A stretch of 63,095 nt of DNA, filler included, from Octopus bimaculoides (lineage: Eukaryota), in assembly GCF_001194135.2 (NCBI RefSeq). It is 5 parts of 4 records of this genome, joined end to end, with 100 filler letters (N's around TTAATTAATTAA, not from the genome) between each part and the next. Parts side by side here need not be neighbours in the genome. Positions count along the whole stretch, not along the records: positions 20,023 to 32,390 come from NC_068990.1; positions 32,491 to 41,007 come from NC_068996.1; 3 more parts are not named here. One strand, 5' to 3'. This document shows positions 24,784-39,229 of the stretch, piece by piece. The notes under the pieces are model-generated. The model saw only the letters and a list, made by a program, of their open reading frames with translations, was not told the origin of the DNA and did no database searches. The translations under genes were made by a program, and so were the position numbers. The stretch's first letter is position 1. Each line of letters starts with the position of its first letter.

Positions 24784-25211
24784 NNNNNNNNNNNNNNNNN
24801 NNNNNNNNNNNNNNNNNNNNNNNNNNNNNNNNNNNNNNNNNNNNNNNNNNNNNNNNNNNNNNNNNNNNNNNNNNNNNNNNNNNNNNNNNNNNNNNNNNNN
24901 NNNNNNNNNNNNNNNNNNNNNNNNNNNNNNNNNNNNNNNNNNNNNNNNNNNNNNNNNNNNNNNNNNNNNNNNNNNNNNNNNNNNNNNNNNNNNNNNNNNN
25001 NNNNNNNNNNNNNNNNNNNNNNNNNNNNNNNNNNNNNNNNNNNNNNNNNNNNNNNNNNNNNNNNNNNNNNNNNNNNNNNNNNNNNNNNNNNNNNNNNNNN
25101 NNNNNNNNNNNNNNNNNNNNNNNNNNNNNNNNNNNNNNNNNNNNNNNNNNNNNNNNNNNNNNNNNNNNNNNNNNNNNNNNNNNNNNNNNNNNNNNNNNNN
25201 NNNNNNNNNNN

Positions 25212-25248
<37 letters not shown>

Positions 25249-25689
25249 GAGAGAGAGAAGGGAAGAGAGAAAGAAAGAGAAAGAGAGAATGATGAGAGAC
25301 AGGGATGGAAGAGATGGAGGTGAGAGAGGGGTTGCAAAGAGATATAATGGGTTTCGTTGGTTATTTTCTAAATGTCCAAACAGAAATGATGTATATACAT
25401 AGTGTGTGACAGGTGAGAAATGTGGTATTGGCGTATATAGTACGGCAGCGGTGATGGTGCTGGTGATGGTGGTGGTCCTGGTGGTGGTGATAACATTGGT
25501 AGTAGTATCTAGTAGTAGTGTTTGTGGTAATGGTGTGGTGGAGGTGATAGTTTGGTTACTGTTGGTGGCGCTAGTGTTTTGTACAGATATATATATCTGT
25601 GTACGAGCGCGCGCACACATCCACTCACTCACACACACACACATACACGCACACGCACACGCAGTCTTGATGATTGCGATTTTGATGTA

Positions 25690-26075
25690 GATGATTTACT
25701 TGGTGGTGCTGATGGTGGTGATCTTGTTGTTGTTGGTGGTGATGGTGTTGGTGTTGGTGTTGGTGTTGGTGGTTGAGGTAGTGGTGGTGATAGTCGTGAA
25801 GGTTCAAGGGGATGAGAGTAATGCCAGCTATGCTACTGTCATTGTTGTTACTGCTGTTGATGATGAAAATGATGATGATAATGATGATGATGACGAAGAC
25901 GACGACGACGACGACGACGACGACGATGATGATGATGATGATGATGATGATGGTGACGACGACGGCGATGATGATGATGGTGATGATGATGATGATGATG
26001 ATGACGACGACGACGATGATGATGATGGTGATGATGATGATGATGATGATGATGGTGACGACGACGATGATGATA
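25690..26075. repeat. GGT/GAT/GAC trinucleotide microsatellite block
   Basis: Visible directly; source of the poly-D/V/M ORFs. Confidence 0.9.
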
Positions 26076-26897
26076 TTAATATGCTAGTCATGTGACATCT
26101 CCAACTACTTACATATTCAGCACAACTCAATTATCTTGACCTCTGCTGTGATGGAATCTGAAGATTTCATTACAAAGACTGTATTTTCAGTCAAAACCGT
26201 TTCTTTTTCTGACATATATACACTCATTTCAAAGCTTGCAATTCTCTAGTCAGTTTACCATCTATTTTTCTTTCTTATTTATTCCCCAGACTCTAAAGAT
26301 GTGTGACCTTCAACTATGGAATACAACATTGCCTTATTCTCTTTTCACTATCCACGCCTCCTCTTGCACGTCATTAGTTCCTGACGATATGCGTGTGTAT
26401 GAATGTGGATATACGTACATAAGTGTTTCTCTGTACGTCTGAAAGTATATGTATACGGTTATTTGTATTTGTTTACATGTATATATTTATACATATGTAT
26501 ATGTTTTTTTTTGCATGTGTGTGTTAACTGGAAATGTACGCACAAGATAAAAAGGACATAGGTGTATAAAGAAGCAGTTAAGAAAATAGGAAACTAAGTT
26601 ATGCGCCTAGAATACCTTCAGACAATTGGTGATTATATTAAATACAGAGAGAACAGTTTGTACGTGCATACACACACGCGAGCGCAGGCACATACTTACA
26701 CATATACAAGCATATACATACAAAGATATGCATTTGTGTGTATGTATGCAAAATATATATATGTGTGTGTGTTTATATATATATATGTGTGTGTGTGTTT
26801 ATATATATATATATGTGTGTGTGTGTGTGCGTGTGTGTGTGTGTGTGTATGTGTGTGTGTGTGTATGTGTGTGTACATATCTTTTGTCATCATTTAC

Positions 26898-27291
26898 ATT
26901 TTTCAGTGATTTGACGGCAGCCATGCTGGGGCACCGCGTTGAAGAGGCTTTGTAGAACAAATCGCCTCACCCCTTATTTTTTAAACCTTAATACTTGTTT
27001 TATCGGTTAATTTTGACGAGCCGCTAAGTTACGTGGATGTAAAGTCACTAACACCGGTGGTCAAACAGTGGTGGGGGACAAACACAGACACAAAGACACA
27101 CACACACACACACACACACAGACACACACACACTCACACACACACATATACGAAGGCTTTCATTCAGTTTCCGTCTACCAATCCACTCACAAGGATTTCG
27201 TCGCCCTTGCGCGATGTACCACGCAGTGGGACTGAACCTGGAACCATGTGGTTGGGAAGCATCCTTCCTACCACACAACCACGGCTGCGCC
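26898..27291 (-). mobile_element. SINE family A, near full length with internal (CA)n tract
   Basis: Head, central domain, microsatellite and tail all present on the minus strand, with a small internal deletion. Confidence 0.85.
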
Positions 27292-27819
27292 TCTACATAC
27301 TCATATTAAGTACTTAAATATGCGCTAGCGCACACATATGGATGTAATTGTGAGTGATGTATGTACATATTCAGATGAAAATGTGACATAAAATCATATA
27401 TATATATAATATATCATCTCTCATATAACATACATACGTACGTATACATATATGTGAGCACACATACATAATACGCTCGTATATATTAGTATATGCACAC
27501 AGACGAAGAAAGACACTCACACATTGGTATACAGGAATAGGTTTATCACTTGTCCTCTTTGCTGAGATCATGAGATCATTTAATAATAAAGTAGTCCATG
27601 CAATGCTACCTAAAAGAACAATAACTCTGTTTTCACCTCTCCAGACCTCACTACTCTTATATAAAAGTCCTCAAAGGAATCTAGGGAGAAGGTATTGCCA
27701 TGCCAGCTACGGATACACAGATGAACTGAAAGTTGATGTCATTGCTAGGTAAAGGAACAGCTCTGAGAACAATAACTTTTAATATAGAAACAACAATGAC
27801 AACACCAATATCTGTAGGG

Positions 27820-27856
<37 letters not shown>

Positions 27857-28127
27857 TATGTGTGAGCGTGTGTAAGTGTTCTGTGTTCTAGCCAAATGAT
27901 TGCTTCGAGATAATCCATTTTACATTGACAACGATTGTAATAAACATTTTCCTTTCTAGTTTGGTTTTCTAATCCCAGAACACATTTTCTCACACATACG
28001 TACGGATATTTGTATGTATGTATGTATGTACATAAGTATACACAACCACAGTTACACACAGGACACACACAGACACGTATATACACATATATGTATATGT
28101 ATATATAAATATAAATATATGTGTGTT

Positions 28128-28167
<40 letters not shown>

Positions 28168-28433
28168 TATAAATATATACATATATATCCATACATAGAC
28201 ACAAACATGCACGCATACAAGCGTATATGCTTATGTACATACGTACTTACTTGGTATTATAGGTACATAATACGCCCACCTACATATATAATCAAGCGCT
28301 TGTATGGCTGACGCCAACATTTCACGTCATGGAGACTCAGGAAAATGACTTTGATTACCAAGAGAATTTCACGATTTGAAATGAGTATTTATATGTCAAA
28401 ATATAGAAACAGTTCTGACAGAAAAGTTTCTCT

Positions 28434-28484
<51 letters not shown>

Positions 28485-28564
28485 NNNNNNNNNNNNNNNN
28501 NNCTCTCTCGCTCTCTCTCTCACTCTCTCACCCTATCTATCTATCTTTCTATCTATCTATCTAC

Positions 28565-28639
<75 letters not shown>

Positions 28640-30809
28640 ATCGTTCACCTGTCTATCTACTTCTCGATGTACCTATATTATCCAATCTGTTTTCGATATA
28701 AACTTAGACCGTTGAAATTTCGTTTCAATACTTGCATTTTTCCTGAAATGGAGACATCTCGAACACAGATAATAAATAAAAATGAAGAAAGGTTTAGCCT
28801 CGATGGACGAGAGGACAATTTTCGACGATACTTTTACTTGAAATGAAAATATATATCATGATCAGTTTGATGCACTTACTAATTTTAGCGATGTTGAGAG
28901 AACGTGGTCAAATTTAATAACATCAACAGAAGAGAGGCTAATGGTATTATTAGAACATTACACGTTCGCACACATAAGCTCTTACTCATATATACATATC
29001 GATGTACATAAATGCATACTCGTTTTTCTTTTTCTTCTCTCTCATCGACTGCAAAGCCGCACACATACTATATGTCTATCTTAGGTGTTCACTTTAGGTA
29101 GGCAGTGATCTTCTTAACTTACAGTTTTGTTTTTGAGTTTTGTGTTTTCTGACTTTTCTATTGTTTTAGACTGGCCATTATCTGGTGGCTAGCCTGGTAA
29201 CTCTTTATTTCTTTATTTCTTGCGGTAATATCTCCTTCGTTTTGGTGATTTTGGCCTGATCATTAACTACGCTAAGGTGATCTCATTGCGCACGACATAC
29301 ATAATGAATTTCATGAATTTTAGCTAGTTGAGTATATATAAATATATATATATATATATAAACTAGCCTCTAACCTCTACACGCATTTCAGAAAACTCTT
29401 GTAGAGGTACATCTCTGAGACCTTATGGGTCCAGGGACTTAACTTTTTATATAACCCTTGTTTAGTTCACTTTGTTTATTTTTACAGCCCCCCACAAATT
29501 GGCTATGGTTTTCTACCTCTAATAACGGAGAGCAGTAACCATATTTCTTTGCCATATCTTTTCCATATTTGCTCTGCCGAATATGTATTACATAACCGTG
29601 TTGTTATCTACCATTCAATTTAATACCTAGAGCAAAACCGATCGATTAGGCCGTCCGTAATGGTAAAACAATATTACACACAACACACACACACACACAT
29701 TTATTGAGGGAGAGAGAGAAAGAGATAGAGAGTATGTGATTGAAAAAAATTTGGGAAAATGAGAAGTGAATAATTCTTGACAGTTCCCTTCATATTTGCA
29801 TTGACTTCAAAATCTATAAGTTGCTGTCGAGCTTTTCTATTCTGTGTTGTTTTACCGATTGTTAAGCGAACAAAGTCATACAAATTGCCTTACTCAAGTG
29901 GAACTTCAGAAAAAATTTGAATGTAGGTATGAACAAATTATGGGAGATCTGAGTTAAGCGAATACGTTCTAAGATGAAGGAATCTAGCTCGGTGTTCGAC
30001 ATCAACGCCGCTGAAGCACATTTGTTTACTCCGCACTGATGCTATGTATGCTTGTTAAATAAGCATGCATACATGGATATCTTTACATATGCGTATGGTG
30101 CTGTATACGCTTGCCTGTAAAGCTATATCTACACACCACACTCATCCTTCTAAAATTCTAACTCTGAATCTGAATACATTTGGAAACTGAAGGATAACAA
30201 GTGATCAACGACTACAGAAAGCGAGTCATTATTGAAAACACTCCCTCGAAGGAAGTTACATAAATCGACACAAGTTTTCAAGATGTCAAACAAATAATTC
30301 CATATTTTATTCAAATACGAACGTCACTAGACATCTAAAAATCTCTAATTATAGACATGGATAAACATTCCTAGCAGTACGGATCATTGGCCACATAACT
30401 GCTATATTGTTCTGTAATGCTTGGTATAGATGACCACTGCAGACATCCTGCACAGCAGTAATTCCGCTCATCTTACATAAATGATAAGTACAGAAGCTCT
30501 TTCTACAGGGAAATCGATAGCTCCCCGTGGCTGACTGCCCCAAACCATTATCACACAATTAAAACTCATAACGAAAATCGACAAATTTGACAGGAACAAT
30601 GTTATGTATTTCTGGAGTCTCTAAGCAAATTCATCCATAGCAAGAAATTCTGCGTAGTGAGTTAGTAAACCTTTAAATTTAAAGAATTAATAAGCTCTGT
30701 TACATATATTTGGTGAACTTCTTTCCTGTTTGTACATTACTATCGGTTCGTTCTATAGAAATGGAAAATGCATCCATAATCTTGGCGTGTCATTGATCTC
30801 TGGGAGCAG

Positions 30810-31140
30810 TGAGATGGAACCAGTTAACATTCCTCTTGAACAGCTGCAAATCTCCGGCTGCTGAAAGACAGAAAGGGGAACGAAGTTAGAAATTCCAGGA
30901 AGTTAACGTTCTGGGAAGAAAAGACTAGAAATAATAGTTAGTGCGGTGTATGGAAGTGGAGAAGATGTAACTGAAAAAAGTAGGTGTGTATCGGAAGTGC
31001 TTGAATGGAATTGCATGAATCCAGCGACCAACAAAGACATACACCCGTATAGTAGCGATAGAAAAGATAGGGTAAGAGCTTGCAATATGCTGCTAAGCAA
31101 ATTCGCCAATCACTTGGGTAGCCTCCCTTTGATTTGGAGT
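30810..31140 (-). mobile_element. CR1-group LINE 3' ORF2 remnant
   Basis: Minus strand LPYLFYRYYTGVC...FFPRTLTSWNF...DLQLFKRNVN matches the CR1-type SLFYRYYxGxCS and FFPRTxxLWNxLP...FKxxVN motifs. Confidence 0.75.
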
Positions 31141-31396
31141 ACTATGTCTGTATGTGTATCTATAGCACCGTCTCAAATGTAGGAGCGGTACTTTATTATG
31201 AGTCTCTTCTGAGTTCTGAGTTTAAATAAACGTTTGTAGTTATCGTGGTGGGGAACCAAGCTGAAGTATTTTCCCTTTCTGACAACAAATACTAGCTTTA
31301 CTGATATACGTTTGGCTATGTTGATGATGTGCGTTGACTAGTAAAGACCTTCAGCGACTGTGAGTCCATAGCCTTGTGATGGATTTAAGAACTACA

Positions 31397-31608
31397 CTTA
31401 ACGTAGTTCTCAGGGAGATTCAGCGTGAAACAGTATGTGAATAGGCTGACTTTTTGAAATTCGGGTACTTGCCATTTTTGCTAGCTGAGTGGACTGGAGC
31501 CACATGAAATAAAGTGTCTTGTTCAAGGACACAACCTGCTGCCGGTTGTCGAACTAAGAACCTTACGATCGTAAACCGAACATCCCTAACCACTAAGCCA
31601 CGCGCCTT
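31397..31608 (-). mobile_element. SINE family C variant (alternative central module)
   Basis: Minus strand GAAGGCGCGTGGCTTAGTGGTTAGGG...GTGTCCTTGAACAAGACACTTTA...CCAGTCCACTCAGCTAGCAAAAATGG; same type as 49659-49921. Confidence 0.8.
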
Positions 31609-32352
31609 CACAACACATCGTAAATAAGAAGCAGAAAACAAGGTGCATACAACATACAAGTAATGAAGACAAGTGTCTGGTGCCAAGACAGACAAATAAA
31701 GTCAACTTAAACGCATAATTAACAATATTGAACAAAATTGCGAAAAGATGTAATTTATACACATTGAAGACGGGACACATCAGCGGGATATCATACGGTA
31801 TTATAAATATTAATCAATAGAGTATCATATGGTATTAACAATAATTATAGACTAAATAAATGAAAAATATAACCATAGATAACAACTAGAGCTGCTCACG
31901 TGGATGTAACAGAGAACATGAAAACATACAAGAGAATCAACCTCGAAGCTAAACCACGGAACAGGAAATTATCAGCAAGGTGAAAAGGTGTATGACATAA
32001 CGCGTATAAACAAAATATTAGCGAAAATAAAAACAAAAAGAAAAACAGAAATAAAATCAAGATATAAAACCATGAATTAATTAACAATTAGTGTAAGAGA
32101 AACAAAAGATAATTAAATATGCAAAGGGCACATCTTTAAGCATAAATGTCTTGATTAGAAAAAAAAATTAAACAATTGCAATAAGATATAAATTCACGAA
32201 GTATCGTAAAGAATTACATGGAATTGAGTAAAAGAGTCTCTCGGATGGTCGTTTAAGATTTTAGAAATAATAGCTAAATCACCCTCAGAATATTTATATC
32301 CATGTAGATTGCAATAGGAACACGAATACTCAAATGCATATGTACACACACA

Positions 32353-32390
<38 letters not shown>

Positions 32391-32680
32391 NNNNNNNNNN
32401 NNNNNNNNNNNNNNNNNNNNNNNNNNNNNNNNNNTTAATTAATTAANNNNNNNNNNNNNNNNNNNNNNNNNNNNNNNNNNNNNNNNNNNNGATAAGATGA
32501 TACTGATAATGTTAATGATGACGACAATTATTTATTTTAGTATTGGATAATTCAAGAATATTTAAAGATTAGATACTTAGTAATTAGCAGAATGTTCTCG
32601 TATGTTCCGTTTCTACTTAGAAATATAGCAAAATAGAATTTTAAAAATTCTGATGGATTCCATTCTCAGATACACAAGAA

Positions 32681-32715
<35 letters not shown>

Positions 32716-32997
32716 CGCACGAGCGTGCGTGTGTGCGTCCCTGTGTATGTAAGCATTTTTATAAACTTTCGAGAGAACTTGAGATAATTCTTTTTCGAAA
32801 TATTGGTTCTCAAATCACATGACATAAAAAACTATAAACAATACAATGTTAACGTTGAGTTGAGAAACTCTCTTGGAGAAAAAGAAAGGCAAAGCAATCT
32901 TCGACTTTTTCAACCCAATATTTTTAACATGCTATTGTTTATAGCTTTATGTGATGATCTTCAAGAGCCAATGTTCCAAAACACACATACGCGCACG

Positions 32998-33063
<66 letters not shown>

Positions 33064-33795
33064 CATATACGTATACATATACACATATACATATACATCG
33101 AGTTATCTCACTTGTCTATGACTTCCAAGTGTTTTAACACCAAGCGCATTGATGAGAATATATTCTCTTAATCCCATAAGTGCAGCCTACCCACGAACTA
33201 GCAAAACACATGCTTTTTATGCGTGTTCGATATTGATTACACACACACACGCACATAGAGTCTCTCGGAGCATATCGCTTTTTCTTCTTCTTCTTCTTCT
33301 TCTTCTTCTTCTTCTTCTTCTTCTTCTTCTCCCCTCCTCCTCCACCTGCTCCTCCTTTCCGCGCTATTTCAGTCTCTGTCGTTGTCTACCTATCTTTCAC
33401 CATTATTCTATCGCACTTGCCCTCTCTTTCATGGTCACTACCATCGAAATTACCGCCATCCCCATTGTGACTAACTACTACATACGCACATCATTATCGT
33501 TACCACCACCACTGCCAACATCACACTACCACTTCCTCTTTTTACAAACTCCACCACCATCACTGCCGCTAACAATACTTCCAAAATGAAAAAGACAAAA
33601 CAAAGAGAACGTCTTTACATGGTCACTCCACCTTGCTAGATGTCCAAATCACACTCAACCATCTTAAAAATAAGAAACGGAGGAACACACCACATAATAA
33701 AGTTGCAGATATACAGCCTGAGTAGAAGACATGGTTGTCACGGCAGGAAGGCATTTGTCCTTATTCAATGTAATCTTACACATAATGTCCCTTTT

Positions 33796-34151
33796 GTTAG
33801 CTCTGCCTTAGCGAAAGTATTGTTTTCAGTCATGTTTGTTTGTCCGTGGACAAGATATCTCAAGAACCGCTTAATGGATACGAATGAAACTTTCAGAGGT
33901 GTTTGGCCCCGTGACTGGCACGAACTGATGAGAATTTGAGATCGATCTAATACCGGGCAAGGAGTCTGGATTATTTTACCTGTTTTTTCTTTAAATTCTT
34001 GAGAGTGGTCGGGTTCATTTTTAATATTCTCGCTTGTGAGAGCAGTCGAGTTTATTTCAGATATTCTCATTTTAAAAATCATATCTGGCTAATCGTTGAG
34101 AGGTCGTTGGTGTTGATTTGGCAGAGGTTTGTGATCTCTGAGTGCTCTTGT
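33796..34151 (+). mobile_element. Helentron-associated non-autonomous element (HINE/DINE-1-like)
   Basis: Subterminal inverted repeats AGCTCTGCC (33799-33807) and GGCAGAGGT (34120-34128), TGTTTGTTTGTCCGT microsatellite near the 5' end, and a degenerate 3' hairpin ending in TT. Confidence 0.7.
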
Positions 34152-35233
34152 TTTATTTTTGTTGAGATTGCTGCATTTTCTAGGAATTCCAGTTTCCAAA
34201 TTGGCGAGATAGTCACAAGGTTATAATAGTGTTTGCAGTGTTTTCATTCATATTTTGCTTCAACTTAGATCACTTAGTTGTTAGGAATACCCACTGCGAA
34301 AGGAAAACCTGATGTTTATTAACTTCAGAGCTTCGGTGGCATCTAAATTACAACCAGCTGAGAGTTCGTTGGTTCGTATCCCGTCATTAGCAACTGCATT
34401 GTGGCTTGACTCCCAAATAATCCAGTCTAGTTGACTGAAAATTGGCAGTACATGTTTAGAAAGTATTAACATTATAGACACTGTAAAAATAACGCTTATT
34501 TCATTAGCATGGAGTATTAATTTAGAATTATCTACAAAACTCACCATACGGTGAGACGAGGTGAACAACACCGGAGAGACTTTCTAAATGTTTAGACCTT
34601 CTTTCCTTTCTTTTGTGGTGTCTGTCACTTACTTGAATGGACGATTTAATTGTTTAGCTAGCCCTAGAAATGCTTTGGCTTTGTGGCTAAATCAGACTCT
34701 CTTGCAACACACGCAGTACATATATGAAAGTATATATCGTAATATTTTTACTGATGGCATTTTTGTGACCTATAATGCACCTCTAGGATGATTTTTGTAT
34801 ATTTGTCATAGAATACACCTCCGTATATCAGCTGTCCTAGGTTGCTCTTACGTAAGCTGGTAGATAAGTATAATGCTAAAAAAAAGATTTGACTACTGAT
34901 ATAAATAGATTTAGTATAATACTGATATAAATTCATTTTAATATACGCAAATACAGATGTATATGCTCACATTCATATTCACACTCAGATACATAGGGTA
35001 TACATGTTATTTTTAGTATGGAAAGTTCATTGCCTCACACTCACTGTTACTTTCAGTTCACTTAGGAATATATACACACGCATGAATGGAAATGTATGTA
35101 TATATATATCTATATCTACGTCTCTCTGTCTCTGTGTGTCTGTGTGTCTGTCTGTCTGCCTCTGTCTGTATCTCTCTCTCCCTATATATATATTTATATA
35201 AATAGGGGTGGCTGTGTGGTAAGTAGCTATATA

Positions 35234-35270
<37 letters not shown>

Positions 35271-35799
35271 NNNNNNNNNNNNNNNNNNNNNNNNNNNNNN
35301 NNNNNNNNNNNNNNNNNNNNNNNNNNNNNNNNNNNNNNNNNNNNNNNNNNNNNNNNNNNNNNNNNNNNNNNNNNNNNNNNNNNNNNNNNNNNNNNNNNNN
35401 NNNNNNNNNNNNNNNNNNNNNNNNNNNNNNNNNNNNNNNNNNNNNNNNNNNNNNNNNNNNNNNNNNNNNNNNNNNNNNNNNNNNNNNNNNNNNNNNNNNN
35501 NNNNNNNNNNNNNNNNNNNNNNNNNNNNNNNNNNNNNNNNNNNNNNNNNNNNNNNNNNNNNNNNNNNNNNNNNNNNNNNNNNNNNNNNNNNNNNNNNNNN
35601 NNNNNNNNNNNNNNNNNNNNNNNNNNNNNNNNNNNNNNNNNNNNNNNNNNNNNNNNNNNNNNNNNNNNNNNNNNNNNNNNNNNNNNNNNNNNNNNNNNNN
35701 NNNNNNNNNNNNNNNNNNNNNNNNNNNNNNNNNNNNNNNNNNNNNNNNNNNNNNNNNNNNNNNNNNNNNNNNNNNNNNNNNNNNNATATATATATATAT

Positions 35800-35945
35800 A
35801 GGCGCAAGCGTGGCTGTATGATAAGGAGCTTGATTCCCAACCACATGGCTGCATATTCAGTCCCACTGTATGGCACCTTGGACAAGTACTTCTACTATAG
35901 CCTCAGGCTGACCAAAACCTTGTGAGTGAATTTGATAGGCGGAAA
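35800..35945 (+). mobile_element. SINE family A 5' half
   Basis: GGCGCAAGCGTGGCTGTATGATAAGG...TTCAGTCCCACTGTATGGCACCTTGGACAAG. Confidence 0.8.
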
Positions 35946-36206
35946 AAAGCCGTAGAATAAGGTAATACATATAATTGGATTATGATTTCGAATTCTGGCT
36001 AGAGCCTCAATTCTGCTCAGCAGGTCTTGCTGTACCTAAAATGAAAAATTTATCCCACCTCGGTGTAATCTGTTACGTCTTGAATAGTCTCGCGCCAAAT
36101 TCAAAGCAATTTCAGTGTGTAATATATATATAAGTAAATAAGAATGAGTAAATATTCAAAATAAATATTCGTAAAGATTTTGTTATTAATACTGTTGTTG
36201 GTGTTT

Positions 36207-36250
<44 letters not shown>

Positions 36251-36304
36251 GATGTTGCTGTTGTTGTAGTTGTTGTTGTTGTTGTTATTATTATTATTAT
36301 TATT

Positions 36305-36629
36305 ATTATCATTTTATGTTTGACTTTTGTTTTGCATTTGTACAAATTGGATCCAAGTCTCACCCAGAGACCTCAAGAGACAACAAGTTAGAAGTTCATG
36401 TAGATGTTATGCCTAGGGTACCATATATTTGGATTTGTACAGTTTTGTTCAAGTGAATGTTTAAGAAACAATAAGAAAATTATATGTTTGCTTTAAAATT
36501 TGAGATCACATAGACAATATTTTACGTAGGATATGAGCAGTTCCCATGAGCACTATCTTTTGAACTTCAGCCATTCTGGGGTTTCCTGGGGTTTCCTGGG
36601 GTTTCCTGGGGTTTCCTGGGGTTTCCTGG
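36305..36629 (-). mobile_element. R4/Dong-type (RLE) non-LTR element, 3' end, flanked by (TAA)n
   Basis: Minus strand NPRMAEVQKIVLMGTAHILRKILSM* is the typical R4-clade C-terminus (ELQKxVLLGTAxILRKVL), followed by a 3' UTR and a TAA-repeat tail. Confidence 0.8.
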
Positions 36630-36631
36630 TA

Positions 36632-36679
<48 letters not shown>

Positions 36680-36923
36680 CAGTGGCAAATCTAATTAATT
36701 GATAATAACAATAACATTAGTGGCAGCAAGCGATATTAGCATTAAACAATAATTTCTTAATTATATTAGAGGGTGCACGAAGCACTAGCTTGCTCGAAAG
36801 CGAAAGTAAAAAAAACCCAACTTAACCACTAACCTCACTGAAAATATGTAATGGACCGACACTAATTTTATTGTTATTGTTATTATCAATTATTTAGATT
36901 TGCGGCTGATGATGATGATGATG

Positions 36924-36957
<34 letters not shown>

Positions 36958-36974
36958 CAACAATAATAATAATG

Positions 36975-37046
<72 letters not shown>

Positions 37047-37104
37047 GTAATAATAAAAAAATAATAATAATAATAACATCTTTACGAGTATTCATTTTGA
37101 ATGT

Positions 37105-37329
37105 GTATGTGTGTGTCTTTGTGCCTGTGTTTGTTCTTCATCATCGTTTGACAACTGGTGTTGGTGTATGTACGCCCATGTAACTTAGCGGTTCGAAAAA
37201 GAGGCCGATAGAATAAGTACTAGGTTTAAAAATAAGTCCTGGGCTCGAATTGTTCGACAAAACCACTACAAGACGGTGATCCAGCATAGCCACAGTCAAA
37301 TGACCAAAACATATAAAAGAGTAAAAGAG

Positions 37330-37330
<1 letters not shown>
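37105..37330 (+). mobile_element. SINE family A 3' half
   Basis: GTAACTTAGCGGTTCG...CAGCATAGCCACAGTCAAATGACC...GTAAAAGAGT. Confidence 0.8.
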
Positions 37331-37388
<58 letters not shown>

Positions 37389-37513
37389 GTATAATGCTCG
37401 GCGAATATTTTACATCATTTGCTAGCATCATTAATATAACATATATTGGTTATATCTCTCGGAGATTTCTACTACTACTACTACTAGTAGTAGTAGTAGT
37501 AGTGGTGGTAGTA

Positions 37514-37544
<31 letters not shown>

Positions 37545-37711
37545 CTAAGCATTTTGTTTGACTCGAAACATTATACACCCAATAGTTTCTCTATCTTATA
37601 CTGAGCGTCAACCTAATACATTCCAAGAGTTCATCGTTTTGACTTTAGTTAATTTGTTACTTTTAATTTTCAATTTAGCTCTGTCTATCTATCTATCTAT
37701 CTATCTATCAT

Positions 37712-37744
<33 letters not shown>

Positions 37745-38345
37745 TCATATGTGTGTGTACGTATGTGTAATAAACTGTGCTGTCAAATATCTCAAATAAG
37801 TCAACAACATGGATGATAAACCAAAGACCTGTTGCTGCATAGAATGACATATTGTATATATATGCAAATTCTTAATTGGTCAAAGGAATCAGAAATTGTG
37901 CTGCATTGGTTACAGGCTTACAAAGAGAAGCCAATCCTCATTGCATCTTGTCAGCATAGCAGAGTTAGCACAAATTCACTTGGCCATTAGACTTATTCAA
38001 CATATTAAAAATGTTACAAGACCGAGTTGATCATATGGAAGTAATTCAAATAAACGTATGACACAGATTGATATATTAATCTGGATTTAGTATATTGAAT
38101 GACATAAGTAATTAATTCATAATGAAATGAAATTTGAAATTATTAATGAAACACTAAAACTAAATCTTAATTTTCATAAATTATCCTGTTTTTCCTTTTA
38201 AATTGTACTTTGATTGGGGAATATATACAGAAATGAAGCACGTAACTTTTCACAAAATATCAAGCATCTTTCAGCATTGAGTACTTTTTTTATTCCATTC
38301 ACTAAAAATGTAAAACTCATTGTTTTTCACTCCCTCACCCTTATC

Positions 38346-38377
<32 letters not shown>

Positions 38378-39229
38378 ATGTATGTATGTGTATATATATA
38401 TATATACACACATATATACATATATATACATATATATATATGCATATATATATATATATACATATATATATATGTGTATATATATGTGTTTATCTATATA
38501 TATACATACATGTATATATATAAATTTACATAAATACACACACATATACATACAAACATACATATATAAAACAGGTGATATATATATACATATCTACCTG
38601 ATTACCTATCAAGCTATCTCTATCTGTATGTATACAAACGTATGCGCACACACATGCACACACATGCACACACATGCATATACATATATACACTTATATT
38701 GTTGTTGTTAATGCATATCAAGTTCCGCGATTGAGCTTGGTTGACGAAACTGTTCATAAGTCCATCGTTTATTCTTACGATCTTACTCTCATTTTCTCTC
38801 GTGCATCCTTTTTTTTTGTCTGCTTTCATTTTCTCTCTACATATCTCTCTTTCTCTCTATATATGTGCGTGCCTATTTTTATTCATGTGCATAAATCTAA
38901 AACTGTGCTTTTCTTTCACTACTTCTCAATCGTAGTTGCTTTGATTACGTTTTTGTAGCATAGGGATTCGGCAAAATGAGGACGGTTCAGTTAGTACCAG
39001 GGTTAAAAAATAACTACTTGGCTTATCAAAAATTTCTTTCGTTTTTCTTATGTGAAAATACGACAGAGGTTTTAAGCACGTAGCGATTTATTATTCTGCC
39101 AGCCTGGAAGCAGATACACTGTTCCCTGCTCAAAGAATTTCCTCTCTTTACTGACAGAAAGTTATTTTTTGGTGAGTTTTACATACCCTTTAGAATGAAG
39201 ATCTAACCATTTAATTAATGTTCAAGAGA

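Noticed and set aside
34281-34571. 96-aa non-repetitive minus-strand ORF, with splice-like sites on both strands
   Set aside because: No recognisable domain and conflicting splice signals.
37850-37990. LCYADK motif on the minus strand
   Set aside because: A single RT-like motif without supporting flanks.
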